Assembly: GCA_973895155.1 (NCBI GenBank)
Contig: OZ316898.1
Span: 19,355,292-19,419,291, forward strand
DNA from: Marsupella aquatica
Lineage: Eukaryota; Plantae; Marchantiophyta
Length of the DNA stretch: 64,000 nucleotides
Reading direction: 5' to 3'
A program made the translations under genes and the position numbers. Under the pieces are notes generated by a model. That model saw only the letters and a program-made list of their open reading frames with translations. It did no database searches and was not told the origin of the DNA. This document shows, one piece after another, positions 1 through 16,520 of this stretch. Each line of letters opens with the position of its first letter. The stretch's first letter is position 1.

Positions 1-311
1 GAAGGAATAAAGGTTATATTAAATTTAATGTGCACTTTTGACAGTGGTAGTCATTCAAATTTGATTCACTTCTACGAGTAACGTGTTCAGTATTTAAGAC
101 TGTTCTGTAACTCCTTTGGATTGTAGTGATTATTGACCGGAAACTGGAACAGCCAGTTCCCATCTAGAATCAAAAAGAGTTTGTGTGTTACTAGAAAAGT
201 CTGAACCCCACTTTTGGGGGATTATGTGTGTAAGCTCTTTTTGAATCAAACTCAACTTATGACTGTAAGAGACGTCTGAACCCCACTTTTGGGGCGGGTG
301 AATGTTAAAAA

Positions 312-376
312 GCTCACAGTAAGATTCGAACCCAACACCTGAGAGTTCCCGCTCTTCTGAGTTAACCGGTAGCCCA
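312..376 (-). mobile_element. tRNA-derived SINE-like head (degenerate)
   Basis: The minus strand reads GCTACCGGTTAACTCAGAAGAGCGGGAACTCTCAGGTGTTGGGTTCGAATCTTACTGTGAGC. It has an A-box/D-arm-like TAACTCAG..AGAGC and a B-box GGTTCGAATC, but no intact cloverleaf. Confidence 0.4.
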
Positions 377-3300
377 TGGACTGCCGATGCACAGAAGCGC
401 ATTCTTTACGTATTTGTTTTGAGTCTGCAGGCAACTACCGGCTACCGGCAGCTACCGGCTAACGGAGGAGGCGCAACGCGACACCGTTTAATGCGAAACT
501 TGTGATTTATAGAAGGAAATCAAATTTGCAATGTCCAAAAAACTTTAATCCTATCAGAGAGAAGGAATAAAGGTTAAATTAAATTTAGTGTGCACCAAAT
601 AGTGAATTAAGTGTTTTCCCAACAGGAACAAGAGTGTAATCAAATGAGACACGTAAGAGGAGAGAACCAATGCACCCTCAGGAGTATTAAAGAGGTTTCT
701 GATCCATACACAAAAATACAAGAGTACATAATGAATATGATGCTCTGCAGATAATACAATATTGCATGATGTAATAATATAGTAATTTAATTGAAGTAGA
801 TTAATTAAACACAGTAGGTTAGATGATAGGGAGAATATGGTATTCTAATTAAATGAATTTAAATTCATCCTCTGCGGGCATGGATAACAAGGAGGGGTGA
901 GGCATCTTTGATGTTCAGTCCCCCTATTGGTGTGTCGGTCCTCCCCTTGCACCTCAGTATTTGCCCTCAACACAAGCTCTACCCTAGTAGCTAGCATAAC
1001 AATATATTATCAAAAACTATAACACAATCTTGCACCAATTTATGGTGTGGTTGTCATTAAAAATTGTTGGGCTGTTTTCGGTGAAAGAAACCAAAACGCA
1101 AAAAAAAACCTAGCCTTAGCAACAAAACAAAACAAAACATGCCATCCCCTGGATGCAGGCCGCAGTGACCAAGCCCTGACTGCCTCCGCCCTGACTGCCT
1201 CTGACATCCGCCTCCATCCCTCCGCCTCCATCTGCCTTGACAACCCCGACTCCCCTCGATCCTCTCGTCCTTCCGACTCTGTCCCATCGCGACTCCCCTT
1301 GCAACTCTCCTCCTGACTCCCTCCTCCCTAGAGCGCTACCTCGAGGTGAGGCAAGGCAAACTTATCATGTAGTGCAACACCCCTTATAGTGCACACCGGA
1401 TGCTTCTTTCCGGGTGCGACTGTGCACTTAGAAAGAGATTATTGTACTTGATTGGACAGCATTAGTCTGGACGAGCTTTCCTGGAATCTATTTATTGTTG
1501 CCCATTGCACACACAAGGCCCTCACATGAGATTGCATGTCTTCACATTTCCAAAAGCTACCTACAATGCATTGATCCAGATAATTGCTGAGTTTTCTTAG
1601 AATTGGTGTCTCTGCAAGCTTAACCCAGCAATAGTTGCCTTTGTTGTGGCAAGGTTAGGGGTAATTGTAGTGCGCAGGCAAAGTAAGAGTAAAATATTTA
1701 CTCTTAAGACTAAGAAAACTCCACTCCACTAGCAAAGTTAGTCCCTAGCTAGCCAAAGTAACCCTGGCAGGCTTATAAAATCCATTTTGGGGGCTTGTCT
1801 AGCGAATTAGATAGCCATGTGGAATCTTAGAAATGCACTCAAAATATATGAGTTCCGTGGGAAACTTGTGGAGGGAGGCGAGGATAATAAGTTACTGGGG
1901 TCGGGTGGTTTGAGGAGGGAGACAAAACCCTTATGTCCTGTTTTTGATCTTGGCTTTTGAGCTCCTGGCTCACATCTTGATCTTGGCTTTTGAGCTCTTG
2001 GTTATGGAGTTCAGAATGTAGCACAGTTTTCGCGCCAGTTCGACTACCCTCCCGCACTCAGTTTTTCTCGGAATCCAGTTTTCTCAGTTGCATTCGCTTG
2101 CTCTTGCCGAGGCGCATCAAATCGATATAAAACACGTCCAAAACGGTGCCGTATCGACATACTTATGGTCACATTCGTTTTCGTCGTTTTTCAGTCGTTT
2201 TTCTGCGATTTTCGTCTTCCTTTCGACGGTCCTATCTCGGTCAATCTTTCACGGATTTCAGATTTCTCAAGTGCTTTGTATAGCTCTTCTCCGTGAGCAT
2301 CAGATTGATCCCAAGAGCGGTCCAATTGGTCTCCTATTGCCCCGATTGAACTTTGATTAGCTCTCACGTTTTTTCTTCAATTTCCACCGTTCTCACTTTC
2401 AATTAGCTTTGGGGTCCTGTAGCAGTTCCTCGTTCACGGAATCCGGCATTCTCATGTGATTTGGCCAGCTCTTGTCCGGGAGTGCAACATCTATCCCTAC
2501 CGCGGTTCTTTTGGTGACATATCAACCACTTTCGGCTCCGATTACGATTCTGATTTACTCCTCCATTTTTGGTGACGGTTTCCCTTGATCAGCTTTGGAG
2601 CATTCCTGTCTTGCCACGTTTCTCCTCCGATTGGTGGTTGCCTTTCTTCTTCAGTTCTAACAAGGTGGTTTTTGCCAAGTTTGGTGGACCAGTTTGCATT
2701 CCACCATCTTTGGGAGCTGTAGCAGCACGCTCAAATCAGCGGAGAGATATTCACTCGCATCGACTCCTCAACGGACACATCGACGAGAGCTCCAGCTTTG
2801 TTCCCGGCTGTGCCTGCACGTGCTCAACGGTTTTCTAGGCTAGCGGTGGCGCCGCTTCTCGGATTTTGACGCGGTGGGCTCTCTCCATAGCCTTCCCTTT
2901 CTTTTCACATGTCTTGGTTGGGCCTTTTGTCGCTTCTTGATGCGCTTTTGCTTTTATCGGGTTGCGACCTGTCATGTCTACGTTGAGAGTGTTGGCGCGG
3001 GGCAAGCGCCCAGCCCCCCCACACAGTTCTCCCCCCTCCTCCCCCCCGCCTCGTGGTCGCCTTCGTGTTTGCTCTTCTTCATTGGATCTCTCTCATCTTC
3101 GTGATGACCCCATGCCCGATGTTCTGCCAGTCCCCCCAGTCTACTGCCCACCCCATCGACGCCCTGGCTCCTCTCCCCAGCCCATTCCCCCTCCACCCCT
3201 CCAGCATCCCCCTCCGGCCTCTTCATCCACGTCGGTTCCCCCCCCACCTCCTGTCCAGTCATTCCCAGCTCCCTCCCCAGACGAGCGTCCCCTGCATACT

Positions 3301-3921
3301 TGTCCTGAGTGTGGCTGGGTTGGCCTCTCCCTTCCTCATCACCGCGGGCGGGGCCGGTGCCAACGTCGCCAGCAAGCCTAATCCCAGCCCCAGCCCCCTC
3401 TTGACCCAGTTAGTTCTGCCCCTCCTTCCTTGGAGGCTTCCGAGCAGGCATGGAGTTGGGTTCGCTCTCTAGACCCCCTTCCAGCCTACCATCCAGGGTA
3501 CATTAGACCTCGTCTTTATAACCACATCCCACTTGCGTTGCGCCCACTAGTTCGGTCATCCTTGTTGCAACTCATGCAGCTTATCTTGGCGCATCCTATC
3601 GAGGTCTCCTATTGGTCTTTACTCATGTTTTTTCCACAGTGGACTCTTACCCCTCCCTAGTCACGGTGGTCGCGTGGGTCATCGTGAGACTGCCTCTCGT
3701 ATCCATCGTTTTCTGCAGGGAGATTGGGAACAGTTTCAGGAAGAGTACTTTCTTCGAGCCCGTTCCTTTACTACCCGTGCTTTGTCTGACCCAGCTCGCC
3801 ACTCTCATCCTCCAGAGCACAGACGCCTTCGTCGCTCTTGTCGTTTAGCCCAGGCTAGTGAATATCGTCATGCAGTCCAAGCCCTTTCTCCCACCACACC
3901 AGCCCCCCTGGAGAGGTCACC

Positions 3922-6369
3922 TTGACGGCCCTTCAGGATCTCCATCCGCAGCCCTATGATCAGCTCCCTTTGTTCGTGGAGGATTTTGAGCCTGAGGAGG
4001 ATCTTCAGTTTAGTAGGGACCACTTCACCTATGCTTTCCTCCATGCTCCGCGTTGCGCGGCTGGTGGCCCCTCTGGCTATGTCTTTGAGCATTTTCGTGA
4101 TTTATTCCCCCCTGAGGATCCTCAGTCTGGTTTTCCAGTTTTCTTCTCCTTTTGCCAGTGTATTGCTGCCGGCCGTTTGCCTCCTCCCGTCTCTCGGCTT
4201 TTGAGTGCTTCTCATTTGTTGGCCATGGCTAAGTCTTCACCGGGTGTTTGGCCCATAGCTATTGGAGAGGTTTTTCTTCGTCTGGTGTCTCGCGCACTTT
4301 CATCGCAGTATCGCTCTGCACTATCGGATCATCTCTCTCCACATCAGTTTGCAGTGGGCGTTCCTGGCGGTTGTGAGACAGTTATTGCGGATATTCGTAC
4401 TACCTTGGACCTCCACCCTGATTGGGTTGTCCTCCAGGTTGATGTCTCCAATGCTTTCAATACGGTTTCTCGGGCAGCCATTTTTCGTGCTTTGAGGGCA
4501 GCGGATCCAGACATCCAGTCCCTTATCCCCTTTGTCCGTTGTTTTTATGGGTTCGAGGCCCCCCTCTTCTATAGTCATCACACCTCTACAGGAGTGTATA
4601 CCACTCTTTCTTCTGCAGAAGGTACACGTCAGGGTGACCCTTTGGGTGGGCCTCTTTTTGCCATTGTCCATTTTACTGCTTTACGAGAAGCATCCGCGGC
4701 CCACCCCCAGTGTATCTTCCCCTCCCTTTCAGATGACACCCACATCATTGGTCCACCTGTTGCTGTTACTTCTGCCCTCGCCACCCTTTCCACCCATTTG
4801 TTGGGCCTCGGTTTACGAGTTCAGCCGGTGAAGAGTCGTGCATGGAGTCCAGCTGGGTTACCCTCTGATCTTGCGCTTCCCCCTGGGTTCTTACGTCCTA
4901 CCGACGGTCTTCGGGTCCTTGGCTCCCCAGTCGGTACCGCCTCCTTTTGCTCATCTTTCATTGTTGACGCTCTCCAGGCTGCCTTAGCCCCTACTCCTAT
5001 GCTCCCTAAGTTAGCAGACTCTCAGGCAGCATTTGGGTTGTTGTTGAGATGCATCCACCCTCGTGCGTCCTATTTGGCTCGGACACATCCCCCTATCGAG
5101 GATCTTTATCTACACCTCCGAGCGTTTGATGTCTCCATTCGTGAGACTTTGGCCTCTCTTTTAGGGCCAGGTACTTTCCTCTCATCTCCGTGGCTTCATC
5201 GACAGCTCAGTCTTCCTATTTCTCACGGTGGTTTTGGGCTTACTTCCACTGAGCGCCTTGCACCTTTGGCCTTCTTGGGCGCGTGGGCGGCCGCCTTCTC
5301 ATTGTTGGCAGATCATTTCCTTATTGAGGATCGACCTTTTTTACTTTCATCTCTCATGGAGGTCGAGGAGGGTTCCCTCCCATTTCAGGTTCATTTGCGC
5401 GCGGCGCGATCATCATTACCCGATCCTGTTCGAGCTGCGTTACCTTCATTCCAAGAGTTTTTATCCTTGGACCCCGTCCGTCTTCAGGCAGACCTTGCTG
5501 GGCGTATGCACGCTTTCACCCTTTCCAGCATCCTTACCGAGGCACCTGACACGGACCAAGCTCGGATTCTTTCTTCCGGAGGGAAGGGCGCAGGAGGCTG
5601 GCTTCAGGCCAATCCAGTCATTCCTCACCTGCGGATGTCTTCTGCGGAGTTTGCGATAGCCATGCGTCTTCGTATGGGCTTGCCCCACCCACTTCTTGCT
5701 GGTTTACCTCCTACTTGCACTTGTGGGAAGCCTTGTGATGCCACAGGTGTCCATCTTCTTCGACGCAGTTTGGGCAGCGAAACCATTTTTGTTCACGACG
5801 CTGTGAGAGATGCGACTGCTCAGGTTCTCTCTGGCTCTTTGGTCTGCACGCGGCGGGAGGTGGTGCTCGAGTTACCTGGTCCTCCATCACAGCGGTTACG
5901 GGTGGATCTTACCATGGTCCGTGACGGTCACCGTACTTTGGCAGATGTAGTGGTGGCAAACCCATTGCGCCAAGACATCATTGGGACAGCGGCAACAACT
6001 GCAGGGGCAGCAGCATCACGAGCAGCAACCACGAAGGAGGCCAAATATGCTGCACGAGCTTCATCTGATAGCTTCTTGCCCCTTGCTCTTGAGATATTTG
6101 GGCGTCTCCATCATCAGTTCGACGGGCTTCTTCGCCAAGCTGCTCGGGATGTTCACGGCCGGATGGGTCCCACCGGGCCCCCGCTATCTGTTTTGACCAT
6201 GCACTTTCGCCAACGCATTTCAGTCACCTTACAGCGTGCTCAAGCTCGGGCCGTCTATCGTCGATCTCTGACAGTGGGTGCTAGTGTGACTCCACAGCGG
6301 CTAGCCCCCCTAGAGGACATTCCTGTCCCACTTGCCGATCTAGTTTCGACACTTGATGTAGACCACTAG
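3922..6369 (+). pseudogene. RT-RLE polyprotein, open C-terminal 815-codon segment; N-terminal part broken by a stop (3379-3381) and frameshifts (~3652, ~3905)
   Basis: ORF track segments 2962-3381, 3430-3660, 3674-3925 and 3922-6369 join into one protein when the stop and two frameshifts are repaired. Confidence 0.8.
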
Positions 6370-6421
6370 CTTGTTGCCACATTTGCTAGGTATGATGAGG
6401 ACCTTGGTCCATTTGCGATAG

Positions 6422-6519
6422 TTTTAGTTCCTCTTTCTTGGTTTTTAGGGGTTTCCTTTTGCTCACTTCTTTTAGTTCCTCTTTCTTGGTTTTTAGGGTT
6501 TCCTTTTGCTCACTTCTTT
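6422..6519. repeat. 48-bp tandem duplication in the retrotransposon 3' UTR
   Basis: TTTTAGTTCCTCTTTCTTGGTTTTTAGGG(G)TTTCCTTTTGCTCACTTC occurs twice. Confidence 0.9.
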
Positions 6520-7090
6520 TGCATTTGATTTTGTCCACTTGGGACCTCTCTTGTTTATTCTTTTGTACTCTATTTGGCCTTTTTCTGTAAAAAGTACGTG
6601 TATATTTCATCTATAAAAGTCAGCAAAAAACAAAAGAAATGAAAAACTACTAGTGACTCACTAACAATGATCCCCTTGCTATCAAAAATTCATGTTTGCT
6701 TGCATCACAATACCTTCAAGTTAGGGGGATTTTTCAAGAATGAAATGACAAAAAAATCAATGATAGGTCACTTGTGTTTTACCATACCTGATCCACAGGT
6801 CCATTTCGAGTGACTCCTGACCACAACAGATGATCAGGCAATGCATTGAATAATGTCTCACAGAATGAGAAGCTACTGAGAGGCCCAAGTGCCAAGTTAC
6901 CACTTAGTTTGGGAAAGGACGCTTCACTTTTATGAAGGACACCCTCAGTACCCATATGAGTCAAAGCTATAAAGATTGTTATGCGAGCAGATTTTGATGT
7001 TCTGAGTGAGTCCATCCCAGCTTTGGAATCCATGGGGGCTTCATAGCAGACTTCTCAGTCCATCTAGGCTTTACTTTTGTGAGTTTCTAT

Positions 7091-7431
7091 TAGGGCGTCT
7101 CAAATACAATGAATTTTTGCACGTGACCTCGTTGGGGAGTGTTTGTGACTCGGGGTAGCGGGGAACAACTGGCGGGGCACTGAAATGTGAGGCCCTACAA
7201 GTCATGCCCGGAGTCGTGATCAAAACTCAGGGCAAACTGCTATGAGGAGAGGACCCGGTTTCAGTGTGATCATTGACTCACCTTGCGGTTTTCACACACT
7301 GCTGCGACCCCTCTCAAATCTGAGAGCCCTAAAACATCACTACCCCGATATACCCACCCAATCTTGGTGCGCCCAAGTGCATTGCTGGACACACCTGAGG
7401 TGGTTTTTTATTCAATGTTTGAGAGGCCCTA
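7091..7431. mobile_element. MITE-like element with imperfect terminal inverted repeats
   Basis: The left end TAGGGCGTCTCAAATACAATGAAT matches the reverse complement of the right end, TAGGGCCTCTCAAACATTGAAT. About 340 bp and non-coding; TSD ambiguous. Confidence 0.5.
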
Positions 7432-7629
7432 TTACATCCATTTTTCATTCATTTTTAAAATTACTGCCATCAACTCGGATTTATCACTGACCTCAAATAG
7501 TGTCTTTCTTTTGGTGTTTCTTTCGGTGTGACTTATATTGTGAAACAGTTGAGGTAGAGAACGATTAGCTACGGTAGAGAACGAGTAGCCGCGAAGACGA
7601 ATTTCGATTCGGGGTCTTGAAGGGGGAGA

Positions 7630-9776
7630 ATGCCAGCACCAAGTTTTCCAGAGGTACTGATGCAATCCACTGCGACCTGGGCATCAGGCCCACTTACATC
7701 CGTTCTTATTACCTCCAGGTCAAGTATAGGGAATGCTGGTAGACAGCATTTAAATGGGAAAAGGTTACAGCTCTGTGGTGTCCCCTGTGGCCTCAAGCTA
7801 TGGAGTCGCCCTCTGCCTCCTCTTGGAACCTCGTTGAGAGTCTCTGGAATGGGCGTCGATGGAAATACGACTGATACCCCTCTTTCCCAAGGTATGGATT
7901 GCTAGATTCCCCTTCCACTCGGGTTTAGAGATTTGGGTCTCGGTGTCTATGGAAAGTTGACGTTCTGGCTGTGCACGATCCTCAGCCACACTCCTTGACC
8001 ACTGTTGTCTCAGATGTTATTTGTTGAATTGGAAACCGGAAGTTGTTGGGAGGATTTTAAACCAGGCAAGTGCTGGGAGATTTTAATAATGGGGTTGTTC
8101 TCTGATCCATGCTGGCATTCAAGAAGCAGGTAACTTGCGGTCTCAATCGTCTGCATCTACTGTGAAGGGTGGCGAGGCAGCCGGAAATACTGAAGATGAG
8201 CTCAGCGTCTTCTCTAAGTTCATCGATGAGCAATTGCTTCAGATCCTGAACAAAGAAACAGAAAATCCAGTTCGCCAGGTACTGTGCACTCTAAACTTTG
8301 GATGGATTCGATGGATGGGAATCGAATGTGCGAGACTAGCATGCCGTTCAAGTATAATTGGTGTTGACTATGAATTTTAGGCAGACTTTTGTTCTCCAGA
8401 AGTTCTGACCCCTAACAGACTGTGCTCATGACAGATGGCACAGATACTAGACCATACCGCTTGCTTTGGCCATCACCATCTTTGATATTCGACGTCTCTC
8501 CAGAAGCTGCCTTCAATGCGACATCTAGAGAGCAAATTGGTGGGATCCCACTGCCTTCTAAACATATGTGATGTTTGGCTAGTGCAGTAAAAATAAAAAG
8601 ATTACGACTTTCAGCTAATTGCAATTTGCCTCTGATTTGAGTTTCTTTCCCTGATGTAACCAGGAAAAGGCTTGAAAGTTCCACGGTCCTGTCTTGTACA
8701 GCACGTCTCGGTGGACTTAGGGCAAGAGGACTGGGGAGATGATTTCGTTGACAATTTGCTTAGAAAGGGTTACAAAGGAGATGCCCCCAGCCTATGGATT
8801 ATCGAGGTGAGCAATCTGAGCCTCATTGCTTAAAGTTATATTCACATTATGCTGAGCGATTGTGAGATCTTGAAATTAATTGGCAATCGAGACCTGCTAG
8901 AACGGCCTTGTGACCCATACATATTGTATCTCTACACAGCCCAAATATCCGGCACAGCAACGAGGGCTCCATGGTTGGAGGACCGTACCTCAAAACAGAA
9001 TCATATGATAAATTGAACTCTGTTCGATTTTCCGACGGAATTGTGCTTTGATCTGGTCGTTTTGTTGCAGATGCCAAGGGTGAAGCTTTCTGAGTTCTCG
9101 CTCCAAGGAATCTTGACAGTAGCCAGTTGTCTTCTAATGAAGGACTCCACATTTGTCGGAGTATTATCTTGCCCTTGGGTTGGTTCATCTGAGGTGAGCA
9201 TTCCTTGGGTACCTCTTCTGATCGTATTCGATTTTCATTCAGTCAAGCTCAAGCTTCTTAAGACTAGAGGAAAACCGGAAATAAGTATAAGTTTGGAGGA
9301 CTGCTGTATTTTGTTGCCTTCAAGATCTGTTAATTGACGAACCGCTGGTAGTGCAGCTGGAAACCAGAGCATTGCTGGAAAGGCTGTTTATGGGCCAAGG
9401 GTTTGCACTCAAAGTCCTCTCTTATGAAGAGATGACGTCCAAATCCCCTTTGGAGTGGGGTGGAGTGCCCTTGGCATCCCCTCAAAATCTTCCTGTTGCA
9501 TTCGTTGCCCGTCAGCAAAGACTATCAGATGCTCAGGTAATCTTGAATAGTTACGATTGGGAATAGTTGTCTGTATGACAATGCTGTTCTTGAGAATTTT
9601 ACATCATGTGTGCGAGTGGTGACATCAAAGTAGTGAGAATTTGACTAGAGAATAGTTTCCACAAGTGACTACTGACACGAAATGTGTTTTTTGCATAAAT
9701 TTAGGTAGAGTACGCACAATTGCAAATGGCGCTGGCAGAGGAAGTTGATGAAGACGGGTTTGAGGACAGCTGGTAG
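7630..9776 (+). CDS. SAM-dependent methyltransferase, LCM/O-methyltransferase family (At4g02405-like, probably organelle-targeted); 5' part possibly disrupted
   Basis: GT-AG exons ..8278, 8419-8539, 8664-8806, 9071-9193, 9357-9536 and 9705-9776 splice in frame. They give SKFIDEQLL..RQ|TVLMTDGTDTRPYRLLWP..IFDVSPE|..KVPRSCL..KGYKGDAPSLWIIE|..|..QQRLSDAQ|..EVDEDGFEDSW*. Tentative first exon 7630-7891 is Ser/Thr/Arg-rich, like a transit peptide. Confidence 0.8.
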
Positions 9777-9957
9777 CAGAATATTTCAGTCACAGTATAC
9801 AAAGTGATTTCCCTATTGTTTGGGGACAGCTGGTAGCAGAATATTTCAGTCGCAGTATACAAAGTGCTTTCCCTATTGTTTGGTGTGACTGTAATTAAAA
9901 TGTTGTGACCGTGCTTTCCCTATTGTTTGGTGTGACTGAATTAAAATGTTGTGACCG
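9764..9957. repeat. Nested tandem duplications (60 bp x2 and ~47 bp x2) across the stop codon/3' UTR
   Basis: GGACAGCTGGTAGCAGAATATTTCAGTC..CCCTATTGTTTGG x2, then GTGCTTTCCCTATTGTTTGGTGTGACTG(T)AATTAAAATGTTGTGACC x2. Confidence 0.9.
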
Positions 9958-10541
9958 TAATCAAAATTCAACTGGAGTGGGGGTCAATCACAGAATATAT
10001 TTGTATGTTGTAAGTTGCTGCTATCTATTTTGCTAACAGCAAGATTTGGATGCCAATGTGAAGGGTAACCACCTGATGCAGATGTTTTTAAATTTTTTTT
10101 TAGACGTCCTAAAGCTTCCTTCGGACCATGTGTACTCCCCAGGATCTGATTTGCTCAAACAAGTCACTGGCTAGAATTTCTAATTTCAATGTTTTCAGGA
10201 TTTGAATGCCAAGGTGAAAGGGTTACCACCTAATGGGATGTTTTTGAGCCACCGTAAAAGTTTCTTTGGAAAATCGTTACACCCCACGGTATAGTTTGCT
10301 CAAAAACAAGTCACTGGCTAGCTTCTGTAATTTGCAATGTTGTCAAATCAGAAATTTTGAGAACCCCGTGATACTGCCAGTCGCCAATGCAACTTTTGGT
10401 TCTCAGTAGAGGGTTGCCCTCCAAAACCTCTACGTCTTAACATTTCATGAGTGAGGCATATTACATAGCAACCATTACACACCAACCGAAGATCTGCGTC
10501 AACATATTCCGTTGTCACAATCTGCTAGAATATTAAAATAT

Positions 10542-16290
<5,749 letters not shown>

Positions 16291-16317
16291 TTCTGCCACT
16301 CCGTGCACTCTCCACGA

Positions 16318-16520
16318 GCACAACAATCCGAACCCTAATTACTCACTAAAACACTTCAAGCATCCCTCCCTTTCCCGACGCAGTCCAGCATGCTTCCAGA
16401 ATTTCATGAAACATCTCTGCTTACACCTGAGCTTGCTGCTGAGGTAAGTTCCATTTCAGCAGATTCATTCACTCTGCAAGACCAGCACAATCCGAACCCT
16501 AATTACCCATTAAACCAGTT
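16318..16520 (-). promoter_or_regulatory. Duplicated telo-box-like motif (AACCCTAAT) upstream of the helicase start
   Basis: ACAATCCGAACCCTAATTAC occurs at ~16323 and ~16487. Telo-boxes are typical of plant RNA-processing and translation genes. Confidence 0.4.

Larger units (their letters stand above)
2974..6640 (+). mobile_element. Decayed CRE-clade (RT + restriction-like endonuclease) non-LTR retrotransposon
   Basis: Reconstructed ORF from ATG 2974: Pro-rich N-terminus and zinc finger CPECG..HHRGRGRC; RT motifs (W)PIAIGE, QFAVG, VDVSNAFNTVSR, EGTRQGDPLG, SLSDDT, LRVLGSPVG; LPISHGGFGL; CTCGKPCD..GVHLL zinc knuckle; RLE core HDAVRD..RVDL..LADV..KEAKY..FLPLALEIFGRL. A T-rich 3' UTR ends in an A-rich tail at ~6625-6646. 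The 5' boundary is uncertain (the UTR may extend to ~1-2 kb). Confidence 0.85.

Noticed and set aside
985-6672. Possible TSD for the RLE element (CTAGT..CT..TAACAAT at ~985 and ~6650)
   Set aside because: Only about 70% similar over ~20 AT-rich bases, too weak to set the 5' boundary.
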